From positions 1-46,328 of the forward strand of contig NW_021834858.1 of the NCBI RefSeq assembly GCF_006345805.1: DNA of 46,328 nt, in the 5' to 3' direction. Every line of letters starts with the position of its first letter. Within the stretch, counting starts at the first letter, position 1. This DNA is from Octopus sinensis (lineage: Eukaryota). The notes beneath the pieces were generated by a model, which had not been told where the DNA came from, made no database searches, and saw nothing but the letters and a program-made list of their open reading frames with translations. Shown here in pieces: positions 13,002 through 25,839 of the stretch. The position numbers and the translations under genes are program-made.

Positions 13002-13530
13002 AGCCGTTGTAGGCTTTATTGTCGTGTCCCACACCCTAGGAGGTGGGGTTTGAACTGTTATCCTCATTAATAGGGAAAAAATATTATAGCTTTCCCGTTT
13101 TGGGGGCTAATCAATTCATTATTGCGTGAAAAATTAAATTTTAGCCGCTGTAGGCTTTATTGTGGCATCCACCCCTAGCGTGGACGAGATTTGAACTGTT
13201 GTCCTCGTTGTGAGAAAAAAAAATATTATAGGTTTCCCGTTTTGGGGGCTAATCAATTCATTATTGCGTGAAAAATTAAATTTTAGCCGCTGTAGGCTAT
13301 ATTGTGGCATCCACCCCTAGCGTGGGCGAGATTTGAACTGTTGTCCTCGTTGTGAGAAAAAAAAATATTATAGGTTTCCCGTTTTGGGGGGGCTAATCAA
13401 TTCATTATTGCGTGAAAAATTAAATTTTAGCCGCTGTAGGCTATATTGTGGCATCCACCCCTAGCGTGGGTGAGATTTGAACTGTTGTCCGCGTTGTGAG
13501 AAAAAAATATATTATAGGTTTCCCGTTTTT
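13002..13530. repeat. 142-144-bp tandem minisatellite, about 3.7 units
   Basis: AGCCG(C/T)TGTAGGCT at 13002, 13143, 13285, 13429; first unit is the most diverged. Confidence 0.95.
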
Positions 13531-13619
13531 GTTATTCTGTATCTTTATTATTGTGTACAAACAAAAAAAATTAATTTCGAAGACTACAGACAACAGTTTT
13601 TTTTTCTAAGGATTTAGCT

Positions 13620-15007
13620 AATGATAAGGAAACAGAAAGAGCGATAGACTATATGTTGCAGTTATAGATAATCACCCACATCAACTGGATCACATTAAAT
13701 GACTTGGTAAGCGGTTTAGAATTAACAAAAGAAAAGGCAGAGTTCATTGGCTCCAGACTTCATGGATGAAATCTTCAACCAAACACCACACTCTTTTTCT
13801 CCCACCACCATCATACGAAGTATCCGTCATTTAACATAACAGGAGAAACGTGTTTTCTTTTGTTGTAAGATAAGTGGTGTGCTTCGATAGATTAGTTGTG
13901 AATATAACCCCCACCCCACAACAAAGAGAAACTTTACACCGAATCACGCAAAGCTACTCTTAAAACTGCCTTACTGCACAATGCCAGTGAGAAATCTTCA
14001 ATACTTGTTGCATATTATGTCACTGATATTTGATTTATAGTTGGGCTTGTTAAATCATATGTACTTTTTGAATCGGTGATTATAGTAGAGATTATAGGAA
14101 CCACTGCACAAAGCAGGACTGGCAATATAGAACTGAGTATATTGTTAGTAAATATAATGTCCAACACCCAATATTGGTTGATCCTTTGGAAATATATCCT
14201 TCATCACATCACATTAAACTTGGTCGCATTCAAGAATTTCTAGAGGAAATAGATCAATGAAATAGATCAATGAAATAGATCAACACGTAAAGAACAAATT
14301 CAAATGGATTACTGATAATTCACTAGACCTTGGATCCGTAATGTCATCTATAACTCATTGTCTTTCACAAAACTAAATGAGACAAAACTAAGGACATGGA
14401 AACACTCAACAGCATGTTGAGTGTTTCTACCAGTAGATGGTAGGTAGATATGAAGGAAACATCAACAGAAATATGAGTGAATATTCCTGCAGAAAGAAAG
14501 GTCTCTATCATTCAAACATAAAGAGGCGACAACAAAGTTTCCTTTCACATTAGGAATTTACCTTTCGGTGGTAACAAACTGATGTCTGCGTACTTTAAGT
14601 ATATGGTTAGCTGCGATAATGGTAGCTCCGCCAATAAATCGCCACTGCTTGCTCTAACCCATAAGAAAGGAGAAAGGACTCTCAACTTTATCCAAGCAAG
14701 GCTATCATAGAAAACGGCACAGAAAAGTAGCATAGGCTATTTACATAATAAAACCTGGGTGAGAGATGAGTAAAAAAATGATAAGAAAATTTGATAAACA
14801 GATCTGAATTCAACGTCACCAATTTATTAAGAAATTATAATTTTCATGTCTGTGACATTAAAAAAATGCAACTTTGTTGCCTAGGTAAAGGTAAAGTTAC
14901 CTTTCCGAGTCATGCCGTCTCATAAGGTACGGTTTCCCAGATTCCATGACGTATAAATTCCTTACTTTGACGGGACGACGATCCGTCTCAGACTTTGTTG
15001 CCTAGTG
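13620..15007 (+). mobile_element. highly degraded Chapaev3-like (CMC superfamily) DNA transposon with right TIR
   Basis: Manual translation: LNDLVSGLELTKEKAEFIGSRLHG*NL; KATLKTALLHNASEKSSILVAY; WQYR..NVQHPILVDP..SHHIKLG; QHVECFYQ*MVGRYEG; right end reads CACTAGGCAACAAAGTTGC in reverse complement. Confidence 0.7.
14885..14991 (-). mobile_element. 5'-truncated V-type SINE with perfect 14-bp TSD
   Basis: ACTTTGTTGCCTAG at 14871-14884 and 14992-15005; (ACCTTT)-like tail; homologous to the 3' half of 15302-15556. Confidence 0.85.
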
Positions 15008-15301
15008 CTATCTGTACTATATGATAATGTAATGTATAGAAAGTGAAACTATGCGATGTTCATTTTTCTCAAGTCTTTTATCAACGTGACTCCAAACAAG
15101 CATCAAATAAAAGCCCCTCACGATTATTATGTTTACAATTGCAACATTTAAATGAACCGACCTCAGTGAGTTTGCAGGCAGTTCCTTTGGAGCCACTCAC
15201 TTTCCTTATGTGACCAATGTATTTGAAGAAAAACTTGAGTGTCTTTACTTCTTATCTCGTTACCCGCTGAGAAAACCAATCAACAAATCAGCGAGATAAG
15301 T

Positions 15302-15556
15302 AATTGTAAAGCTACCTTCCCGAATCACGCCGATTCATGAGGGCCGGTTTTCCGGTTTCCATGACGTATAAATTCCCACCTGGACGGGACGCCGGTCCGT
15401 CGCAGGATTACTCATTTTTGTCAGCCTAGTGGACTGGAACAACGTGAAATGAAAGGTTTTGCTCAAGAACACAAAACGTCGCCCGATCCAGGGATCGAAA
15501 CCACAATCTTATGATCATAAGTCCAACGCCCTAACCACGAAAACAGGCGCCTCCAC
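15302..15556 (-). mobile_element. full-length tRNA-derived V-type SINE with ~13-bp TSD
   Basis: Degenerate tRNA head, CCTGCGACGGACCGGCGTCCCGTCCAGG central motif, TSD CAGCGA(G/A)ATAAGT at 15289 and 15556. Confidence 0.85.
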
Positions 15557-17574
15557 AGCGAAATAAGTCGTATGAAGCTATCGTAATGTAAATGTTACTG
15601 CTTGGATCAACCGAATCTAAGACACGATTTCGATTCCAGGACAGAAACATTTCATTTACGTCATTAAATAACTTTTATCACACATGCCACTCAAAGCTTT
15701 TCGAAAGGTAAGCTGTCATAACTTCTAAACTCTTCTACAAAAATATGTATTCCAGGTTTTATATGTGAAACACTAAGACAAAGGTGTGAGAATGAATCAA
15801 CAAAGAGAGAAGAGGAAGTGTTAACGATGGGATGATGACGGAGAGTTGTGCAAAAGAACATCCGGTATATGAAAAAGAGATGGACATATGGAAAACTACT
15901 TCCGCTTGTAACCTTTCTCCAACTACACTGATATCGAATTACTTTACTAATTTCACTAACTAAACTATTAGATTAGTAGCGGCTTATGATCGATAGGCAT
16001 ACAGTTATACACATACATGCACATATGCACACATACATACACACATCATAGCCGTGAACAAGAGACGTTCAGGCATAGAAGACTATTTAAAATTGGTTTT
16101 GAACGTTTTGATCAACAAGTATGCCAACCTAACTCAGACTAGATCAGTAATTGTCTTTTAGTTGTTGCCTTAAAAATGAGAGAAACATGTTTAACCCACC
16201 AACTTAGCGATATTCAGACAGGGTTACAAAAAACAACTTTTCTTCACGTGGAAATTCACTTTTACGATCATGGATGATATCAACAAAACAAACACTAAAA
16301 ACCTGTGAACTAAATTGACGTAAGAATCTGCTCACTTCACTTGATCTTTGCATTTAAATCAAGAGCTCGTCTGGAGCTATGAAAAATCATATAAGAATGA
16401 TTGGCAAAATTAGTACTTGTCCCTATTCTTTTTGCCGTTCATCTTTGTGGAGTCAACAAAATAAAGGACCAGTCCAGGACGATTGGTGGAATTATTTGAA
16501 AGACGGACATGATATTTTGGAGTATTTATTCCAGTCCTTTACGTTCGGGGTTATCAGAGGATAGAGATAATCTTTTGCCCTTGCCCAGTTTAACACAACC
16601 AACATGTCCTCGGGTGATTTCAGTGGAGTTCACATTAATGCAAGTATTTGAACCAGGACTATAGTTTAATGGTAACTCTTTCCCTTCCTCCCATTAGTAT
16701 CGGGGTCCTTGAAAAACAATGGCTCGTGGGTTCATCTTTCCTTGACTAAGCAGTAAAAAAATAGTTCATGACTAAACAAATTCTGCAAATGACATTATGC
16801 TTTGTCCGAAAGATGGCTTTCACAGATAGTAATTGTTATTCCAACTCTTGTGATATTAGCTTATTTTTCTGAAGACGTCCAAAATTAACCAAAAGTCACC
16901 GTAGAAGAGATGGGTAAAAACTGTAGCCAACATTACTATAACTCAATTCATATATATATGTAAGAGTTGAGTTATGATAATGTTGACTCTATAAAACTGA
17001 TATCCTGTAGATGCAACGGTGGACTATATCCAGCTTAAAAACTATTTAAAACTGCACTTTGACATTATTTCAATTTCTCTAAACTGTCATTAAGTAACAA
17101 CTTCTTACATGCCAAAATTTATCGAGAATCTAGTTGGATATCACGTGGAAATATATAACACATACTGGACTAACAAAACAACATCTTAAGAGAAATTAAT
17201 AAAAGTAACTATGCAAAGATTCGACACGCCAAACTTTTCAGAAAAAATTAAAAACTTTAAAACTAAAACTCACATCATTGAGTGAAAACTGTTATCGGCC
17301 AAAAAGAAACTACGTCATCAGGCCGGTATTATGCACAAGTTTGCTTCTCATTCACAAGCTGTATATCAGAGAATGAAGAAACATATCTTCATTAAAAAAA
17401 AATCCTTCTCAGAATTATACGTGCATTTTCAGTACCAGCAATGTTACTGGCACTTGAAGTAGTTTGCTGGCTTGTAGATTAAATCCACTCAAAGGATATT
17501 AAAACCTGCAGGTTCCTGTCATCAGCTGGGAGCATTCAAAGAAACAGTGATATGCACAGGCTCTATATTACAAG

Positions 17575-17866
17575 AGAGTGGATTTGGTAGACGGAAACTG
17601 AAAGAAGCCCGTCGTATCTATGTATATGTATATATATGTGTGTGTTTGTGTGTCTGTGTTTGTCTCTCCAACATCGCTTAACAACCGATGCTGATGTGTT
17701 TACATCCCCGTAACTTAGCGGTTCAGCAAAAGAGACCGATAGGATAAGCACTAGGCTTAAAACGAATAAGTCCTGGGGTAGATTTGCTCGACTAAAAAGC
17801 GGTGCTCCAGCATGCCCACAGTCAAATGACTGAAACAAGTAAAAGAGTAAAAAGAGTAAAGAGAGT
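17575..17866 (+). mobile_element. OR/CORE-type SINE, 5'-truncated
   Basis: GACGGAAACTGAAAGAAGCCCGTCG, internal (TG)n, ...TGACTGAAACAAGTAAAAGAG tail; homologous to 36583-37011. Confidence 0.8.
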
Positions 17867-17954
17867 ATATATATATCTAATGCTGACGTTATAAGAGTCT
17901 TTCGAGAGAAAGTGGAATAAATCTGTAGAATATATATATATATTATATATATAT

Positions 17955-18045
<91 letters not shown>

Positions 18046-18049
18046 ATAG

Positions 18050-18510
18050 TTAATCCAAACAAGAAAACACAGAAAAAAACAGCAACGCGAGGACGTGGAA
18101 CAATTAAAGTATTATTTGACGCTCAGGAAAGAAGGGAAGGAGGGTTTAACGTTTCGAGCGGAGCTCTTCGTCGGAAACAAGGAGAAGGAAAGATCCCAAG
18201 AAGGGAAGACACAGGAAAAAAATATTTAAGCTGGTGGTGCTCAAGAGATCACATGTTGAAAGAACAGAAGTTGAGAGGTAGACGAATCATGATTTTTAAA
18301 AACAAGAGTTTCAAAAAAAAGAATGTGTGTGGGTGCGTGTGTGTGTGTGTGTGTGCAAGGATGACAAGTGTGTTTGTGCGTGCGTGCGTGTATGTGTGTG
18401 TATGTATGGTGAATAAAGCATGGCAAGTTAGCTGTCATAAGGCACTCCTTTATGACAGCTAGCTTGTTTGTATCCAGCCAGGTCAAAGCCAGGTCAGAAA
18501 ACAAAGGGGT
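18050..18510 (-). mobile_element. non-coding Penelope pLTR-like remnant (same family as 44895-45460)
   Basis: Shares GAAGAGC..GCTCGAAACGTTAAA and downstream TTTCCTGAGCG...TAATAC with the 45 kb copy. Confidence 0.6.
18144..18178 (-). ncRNA. minimal hammerhead-like motif
   Basis: Reverse complement: GUUU-CCGACGA-A-GAGC ucc GCUC-GAAA-CGUU-AAAC; U4C core change, palindromic stem III. Confidence 0.6.
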
Positions 18511-20779
18511 ATATATGTGTGTGCGTGTAAGTATATGTATCATGTGTGTGTGTTGTTTGTAGTGTGTGTGTGTGCATGTGTGTGTTCGTGTGTGTATGCG
18601 TAGAGTGTGGGTGTGTGGCGAGTAACTGCTTAACCTAGTGTATGTGTGCGTGTGTGCTTGTACGTGCGTGTGTGTGTAGGAATGTATGTGTGAGTTCATT
18701 TGTGTGAGTGTGTATGTATGTACGTGTATGTGTGTGCGTGTATGTGTGCGTGTATGTGTGCGTTTGTATGTGTTTATGTGTATGTGTGCGTGCGCGGATA
18801 GGTGTATATTGTGTATGTATATCTGTCGGTGTGTATGTGAGTTTGTGTGTGTTTGTACGTGTGTATGTGTGTGTGCGTGTATAGTATATATATGTAAATG
18901 TGTGTGTGTGTGTACGTGCGTGCGAGTGAATGTATGTGTATATGTGTGCGTGTGTGTTCAATGTAGAGGCTTATATGTGTGTTTATATGTTTATATGTGT
19001 GTATGTATGTATGTGTGTATGTGTGTATGTGTGTGTATGTGTATGTATGTATATGTATGCGTGTGTGTATGTATGTATGTATGTGTGTATGTGTGTGTAT
19101 GTGTGTATGTATGCGTGTGTGTATGTATGTGTGTATGTGTGTGTATGTGTGTATGTATGCATGTATGTATGTGTGTGTATGTATGTGTGTGTGTATGTAT
19201 GTATGTACGTACGTATGTATGTATGTGTGTGTATGTGTGTAAGTGTGTGTGTGTATGTATGTATGTATGTATGTATGTATGTATGTATGTACGTATGTGT
19301 GTATGTATGTATCTATGCATGCGTGTATGTGTGTATGTGCGTGTGTGTACGTATGTATGTATATGTATGTGTGTGTGTATGTATGTATGTATCTATGTAT
19401 GTAGTGTATGTATGTGTGTGTGTATGTATGTATATATGTGTGCATGCGTGTATGTATCTATGTGTGTGTGTATGTATGTATATACATATGTGTGTGTATG
19501 TGTGTATATATGTGTGTATGTATGTGCGTATGTATGTATGTATGTATGTATGTATGTATGTATGTATGTGTGTGTATGTGTGTGTGCGTATGTATGTATG
19601 TATGTGTGTGTATGTATGTGTGTATGTGTGTAAGTGTGTGTGTGTGTATATATGTACGCGTGTGTGTATGTATGTATGTGTGTATGTGTGTATAGTATGT
19701 ATGTATGTGTATGTATGTGTATGTATGTATGTGTGCATGTGTGTATGTGTGCATGTGTGTGTCTGTATGTATGTATGTATATGTATGTATATATGTGTCT
19801 ATGTATGTATGTATGTATGTATGTATGTATGTATGTATGTGTGTGTATGTATGTATGTGTGTATGTGTGTATGTGTGTGTATGTATGTATATGTATGCGT
19901 GTGTGTATGTAAGTATGTGTGTATGTATGTATGTGTATGTGTGTGTGTATGTATGTGTGTATGTGTGTGTGTATGTATGTGTGTGTATGTATGTATGTAA
20001 GTGTGTGTGTATGTATGTGCGTATGTATGTGTGTGTATGTATGTGTATATATGTATGTATGTGTGCATGCGTATATGTGTGTATGTGCGTGTGTGTACGT
20101 ATGTGTGTATATGTATGTGTGTGTATGTATGTATATGTATGTGTGTGTGTATGTGTGTATGTATCTATGTATGTGTGTATTCGTGTATGTGTGTATGTGT
20201 GTGTATGTATGTTATGTATGTATGTATGTATATGTATGTGTGTGTATGTGTGTATGTGTGTGTATGTGTGTATGTGTATGTGTGTGTATGTGTGTGTATG
20301 TATGTTTGTGTATGTGTATGTGTGTATGTATGTATGTATGTGTGTACGTGTGTGTATGTATGTATGTATGTATGTATGTATGTATGTATGTATGTATGTG
20401 TGTGTATGTATGTGTGCGTGCGTGTGTGTGTGGGTATGTGTGTGTGTATGTGTGCATGTATATGTATGTGTGTGTATGTATGTATGTATGTGTGTATGTA
20501 TGTGTGTGTGAATGTATGTATGTGTGCATATGTGTATGTGTGTGTATGTATGTGTGTATGTATGTGTGTGTGTGTATGTATGTATGAATGTATGTATGTA
20601 TGTATATATGCGTGTGTGTGTATGTGTGTATGTATGAATGTATCTATGTATGTATTATGTGTGTATACGTATGTATGTGTGTGTGTGAATGTATGCGTGT
20701 GGGGGTGTTTGGAGTTGTGTGGGCGTAAGGTACATGCGCGTGCTTGTGTGCGTGTATCTGTGCGTCTCAGCTAGGTGTT

Positions 20780-20813
<34 letters not shown>

Positions 20814-20846
20814 CATATATATGTACATATATATGTACATATATAT
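18510..20846. repeat. ~2.3-kb compound (TG)n/(TATG)n microsatellite
   Basis: Direct inspection; source of the many C/V/M/Y ORFs. Confidence 0.97.
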
Positions 20847-22740
20847 AAGAAAAGAGGCAAAATCTTTGAAGTAATGAAAAGTCTTCTTTCTCTTTGAATT
20901 GTTAGGTTATATCGTCAGCGTGTTGCTATTAGTCAAGAAATCATTCAAGAGAAAGCGTTGTCTTTGAGGACCTGAAGAAAAAACATCCAGATTAGAAAGA
21001 TGTAGAGTTCAAGGCAAATCAGGGGTGGTTCATGAGATTTAAGGAGCGAAGACGTTATCACTCCATTAAGAAGCAAGGTGTAAATACATCAACTGATGAA
21101 CAAACTGCAGCGTAATTTCCTAATACATAAAAGAAAATCATCGAAGAAAATGGGTTTCTTTCCGAACAGATTTTTGGCGTAGACGAAACTAGACTGCATT
21201 GGAAAAAATTGCCAGACCGTTCATTCATTTCCAAGGAGGAGAAAAGTACTTCAGGATACAAGGTCTCAAAAGAACGTGTGACCATTATGTTGCGAGGTAA
21301 CTGTGCAGGAGTTTTTAAGTTAAAGTCATCGCTTGTGTATCAAGCACACAACCCCCGTACCCTGAAGAACATACCCAAGGCATCTCTCCCTGTTATATAG
21401 ATGGCTAATTCAAAAGCATGGGTTATTGTTGTTTTTGAAGACTGGTTCTTCAATCATTTTATCCCAGCAGCAGAGAAATGCTTTAAGAAGGGAATTTCTT
21501 TTAAGGTTTTACTTATCTTAGATAATGCTCCTGGCCACCCGCAAAACATCGTAGATTTTGACCCCAACATTACCATCGAATACTTCCCTCCGAACACCAT
21601 GACTCTTCTGCAGCCAATGGATCAGGGAATAATTTCTATCTTCAAGCGTTACTATATGAAGCGTACACTGCGGCAAGCAATAGCTACAACCGATCTTGAG
21701 GAGTTCATCACACTTCGTGACCTTTGGAAGAGATACGATATCTACAAGGCTGACAGAGCATAGCAGCGGCTTAGACTGATGTACAGAGCACGGTTATGAA
21801 TGGTGTATGGAAGAAGATTTGCCCGCAATTCGTGAATGATTTTAAGGGGTTTGATAATGTTATCATCAACAAAACGTTGGTGACTACAAGCAAAGAACTG
21901 GGAATGGATTTGGAGGAGGAAGATTTCACAGATTTATTTGAAAAAGACAAGCAGCTCCTGACGAACAAGGATTTGATAGAGCTTCACAAACAGCAAAATA
22001 AAGAAGAAGAGGAAGTTGAACCTGAGTCACGTCATTTTGCCATTAAGAAAATGCAGCAAGCATATGCATGTATCGAAAAAGGATTTTCTATGTTCGAGGA
22101 TATGGATCCAAATGTTCAATGCTTCTCCAAGATTACGATGGTTTGTCACAAAGCTTTTGCTCCTTATAACGTAATCCTTGGGGAAAATAAGACAGTAGAC
22201 AGTTCAAGGAACTCTCAGCCGTTTTTTTTTAAGCACATCGAACAACAAAAACAGCCAGAGTCAGTTGTTGATGATGATGATCCACAGCCATCTACATCCG
22301 CGATGTAAACCACCAAACTGTATGCACGTATTGGTAAATCTAAAATAATTTAGTTTTTTTTTTTTACTATTGCAAAATAATAATAATTACTGAATTTGTT
22401 TTTAAGCTTAAAAACGCTTTTATTTTACCATGTCTTATTGCAAACCGCATTCATAAATAAAGCGTCCACGATGTACGGTAAACACCACCAAATTGTATTT
22501 GTAGATTTAGATTACCTTTTTTTTACTGTACCGTATTAAAAAATAAAAATTGTTTGTAAGATTCAAATAGGGTTTTATTAACATGAATTATTGAAAATGC
22601 ATTCATAAATACAGAACTGGGAATGGTTATTATCGGTTTAGCTGAGAGACAAATAAATTCGGCCTAGCCTGGAGACAAGTTAATTCGACTGAAGTCGTGT
22701 CTCCTGGAACCAATTAACGACGTAGGGTGAAGTATGCCTG
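20847..22740 (+). mobile_element. Tigger1/pogo-like DNA transposon, 5'-truncated, with disrupted transposase
   Basis: QIFGVDETRLHWKK, SKERVTIML, LLILDNAPGHP, PPNTMTLLQPMDQGII (DDE_1 domain) with stops and frameshifts; right TIR reads CAGGCATACTTC in reverse complement, followed by TA. Confidence 0.93.
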
Positions 22741-22837
22741 TATATGAATCCCAACGTAGGATTGTTCTGATATTCTTAATAAAACTATTTCCCATTTTTC
22801 TTTATGAATTTTTCAAACTGTAATTTATGGACACGTT

Positions 22838-22876
<39 letters not shown>

Positions 22877-22950
22877 TACATATATATATATATATACATA
22901 CATGTATATATGTGTGTGTATGTATATACATACATGTATATATGTGTGTG

Positions 22951-22987
<37 letters not shown>

Positions 22988-23064
22988 ATGTATGTATATA
23001 TATATATATAGAGAGAGAGAGAGACAATTAGACAGACAGAAGACAGACAGACAGATAGACAGAC

Positions 23065-23833
23065 ATGCAGGAAATAAATAACACCTTTAATTTTCAAAAT
23101 TTCTGATCTAAGCGTCTTAATATGTTTTCAGGGGTGTAGAATTTACAATATAATTAATCTTTTTCATTCCAGGTGCTATTATATTAAACATTTGTGTTTG
23201 GGTCTGGAGGCTTCCCAATCAAGAATTTGATTTGAAACGACTCCAACCAACAGTGAAACATGGTGGTATCTCTGTAATGGTATGGGGAGCTGTCACCAGC
23301 AATGGTCGTTCTGAGCTGATCGAATGCGTTGGAACCATTAACTCTGAAAAATACATCGAAATACTTAAGCAAGGACTACTTCTGATGTATTCATTCGATA
23401 ACATAACGAAAAATGAGTTTTTATTCATGGAAGATGGGGCTCCATGCCACACAGCTTAAAGGAATCAACAATGGTTGACTGAAAATGGGATCAAAAAGCA
23501 TCCTTGGCCGAGCCAATCTCCTGACATAAATCCAATTAAAAATCTTTCGAGCATACTAGATAGAGCTATACGAAAATCTCGACAGAAACCTAAATCTAAG
23601 AATGAATTGTTTCGATTGTTGCGTGAAAAGTGGGCAGAAATTCCACAAGAGACAATCACAAAGCTCATCAGTTCAGTGCCAAAAAGAGTTTCTGAAAGAA
23701 AATCTGCAAAGGGAATGCCAACTAAATACTGAAGTATGTAGTCCTACCTATCGATTACATTTCAATTGTTCGGTTTGCGTATTAAATAAAAGATTTTGAA
23801 AATTAAAGGTGTCTATTTACTTCCTGCATCAAC
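23065..23833 (+). mobile_element. internally deleted Tc1-like transposon
   Basis: ~36-bp TIRs at 23065-23100 and 23793-23829; TVKHGGISVMVWGA, FMEDGAPCHTA*, WPSQSPDINPIKNL (catalytic E to K). Confidence 0.92.
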
Positions 23834-25467
23834 ATACCTATATGGTCGTGAACCCCCTCCATTTAATAGATCGGTACCTCCAATGCTTCAATTGGTCACC
23901 ACGCGGGACGAAGTCGAACGCGTTATTCAAGGCCTCGATGTCAACAAGGGTCACGGCCCTGACGGCATACACCCACGGGTTATCAAAGCGTTGGCTCCGG
24001 TCATCTGCGAGCCCTTAACACGTCTATTCAATATGTCATTGGCGACAGGTGTTATACCTGCGGACTGGAGAACAGCGATAATCTGCCCAATTTTCAAGAA
24101 AGGGAGCCGCGAAGACCCGCTTAACTACCGACCGGTTTCCCTTTCATCAATAATCAGCAAGATGTTCGAAACCATCCTTAAGAAAAGTATGATGCTCCAC
24201 CTCCAAAACACAACCTTTATCTCTAATTCCCAACACGGCTTCGTGCCGAAGAGATCATGCTTGACCAACTTACTGGTAATGGAAGAATTGGTGACGCGCA
24301 TCCTCGATGATAGTGATGCTGTTGACATCGTTTTATTGGACTTTACCAAAGCTTTTGACTCGGTAAACCACCGCCTATTACATGTCAAGCTTCAAGCATA
24401 TAGTTTCCATCCGGATATTGTACAATGGGTTGGTGCCTTCCTCTCAGATCGCTCCTTCCAAGTCCAATTTAATGGTTCGCGGTCCGACGTCTCCAGTGCG
24501 AGTAGTGGCGTGCCTCAAGGTTCAGTGCTTGGGCCCTTATTGTTCTTAGTCTTCATAAATGACTTGCCCGACGACCTCACGCAACACACCCTTCTATTTG
24601 CCGACGATGTCAAACTGGTCGCTCCTCGCGGTAATATAGAGGATCTTCGTCGATGCCTCCACCAAATTTGGAGATGGTCTAACGAATGAGACCTGTGTCT
24701 GAACGTATCAAAGTGCTGTCATCTGCCTGTTGGCTCTCCTCCTGCAACTCAACTTGATTTCGAGCCGGGTCGTCTGCTGCTGGAGAGGACCGATCAGGTA
24801 AAGGAGCTGGGTATCTTGGTGGATTCCTCCTTTTCGCCTTCGGCCCAGTGCGTCCATGCTGCCAACAAAGCACGCGGAGTTCTGTTCTTGATTCGACGGT
24901 CATTCGGAATGCTCACAGCAGCCATATTCCTACCGCTCTATGTCACGCTGGTGAGACCCATATTGGAGTACGGGATTCAAGCCTCTTCTCCTTATCTCCT
25001 CAAAGACATACAGCATCTTGAAAGAGTCCAGAAGCTGGCTACCCGCATGGTTCTTGGTCTCAAGAATTTGTCTTATGAAGAAAGGCTAAAGACGCTCGAC
25101 CTTTATTCTCTAGAAAAACGACGATCTCATTCTTGCTCACATCATAAGCGGAAAGTGTAACCTCTCGAAAGAGCTGTTGTTCACTCCTGCTCCAGAGCGT
25201 CGGCTGCGGGGTCATTCCGAAAAGCTCTATCTGCGACGATTTCATCTCAATCAAAGGAGAGGGGCTTTCTCCGTCCGGGTTGCGGATCCGTGGAATAAGC
25301 TGCCGGACGAGATGGTGAAGATGCCGACGACCGCTCGGTTCAAAGTCTCCCTTGACCACAAGTGGCCTGAACTCTTTACATGAACACCACTTTGTACATA
25401 ACTCCATGTCCCCCTACATGGCCTTGCTTTTTGCTTTTTGAGCCCAAAAATTAACTAACTAACTAAC
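23834..25467 (+). mobile_element. CR1-clade LINE, 5'-truncated, RT domain to 3' end
   Basis: GPDGIHP, NYRPVSL, QHGF..SCLTNL, DFTKAFD, GVPQGSVLGPLLF, FADDVKL, C-terminal LRGH..RV..WNKLP; stop at 24689 and a frameshift near 25125; (AACT)n tail. Confidence 0.93.
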
Positions 25468-25685
25468 TATATATATATATACATATGTGTGTGTGCGTGC
25501 ATATGTATGTATGTATATAAGTATATATATATATTATGCAGCACGGACTTTGTCAGTGAACAGGTCGCGGATTTTAGCGACGAAAATATTTTGACAAATT
25601 AAACTTAAATGTTGAAGTGAATCGAACGGGTTTTGTGTGTTTCTTAAATGGCTTATAACACCTTCCACGCTGCAATTGTGTTATT

Positions 25686-25734
<49 letters not shown>

Positions 25735-25786
25735 TATATTGGTGTGTTGTGTGTGTATACATATATATATATATTGTGTGTGGTTG

Positions 25787-25818
<32 letters not shown>

Positions 25819-25839
25819 ATATGTATATCTATATATAGG

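Noticed and set aside
16050-17560. Possible degraded LINE endonuclease or UTR region
   Set aside because: Only vague similarity; no motif could be read with confidence.
21058-22308. Domesticated TIGD1-like host gene
   Set aside because: Multiple stops and frameshifts plus a retained TIR indicate a dead transposon copy.
25540-25565. Minus-strand CTGACAAAGTCC as an HHR 5' half
   Set aside because: Truncated by microsatellite; no GAAA half and a C3/A8 mismatch.
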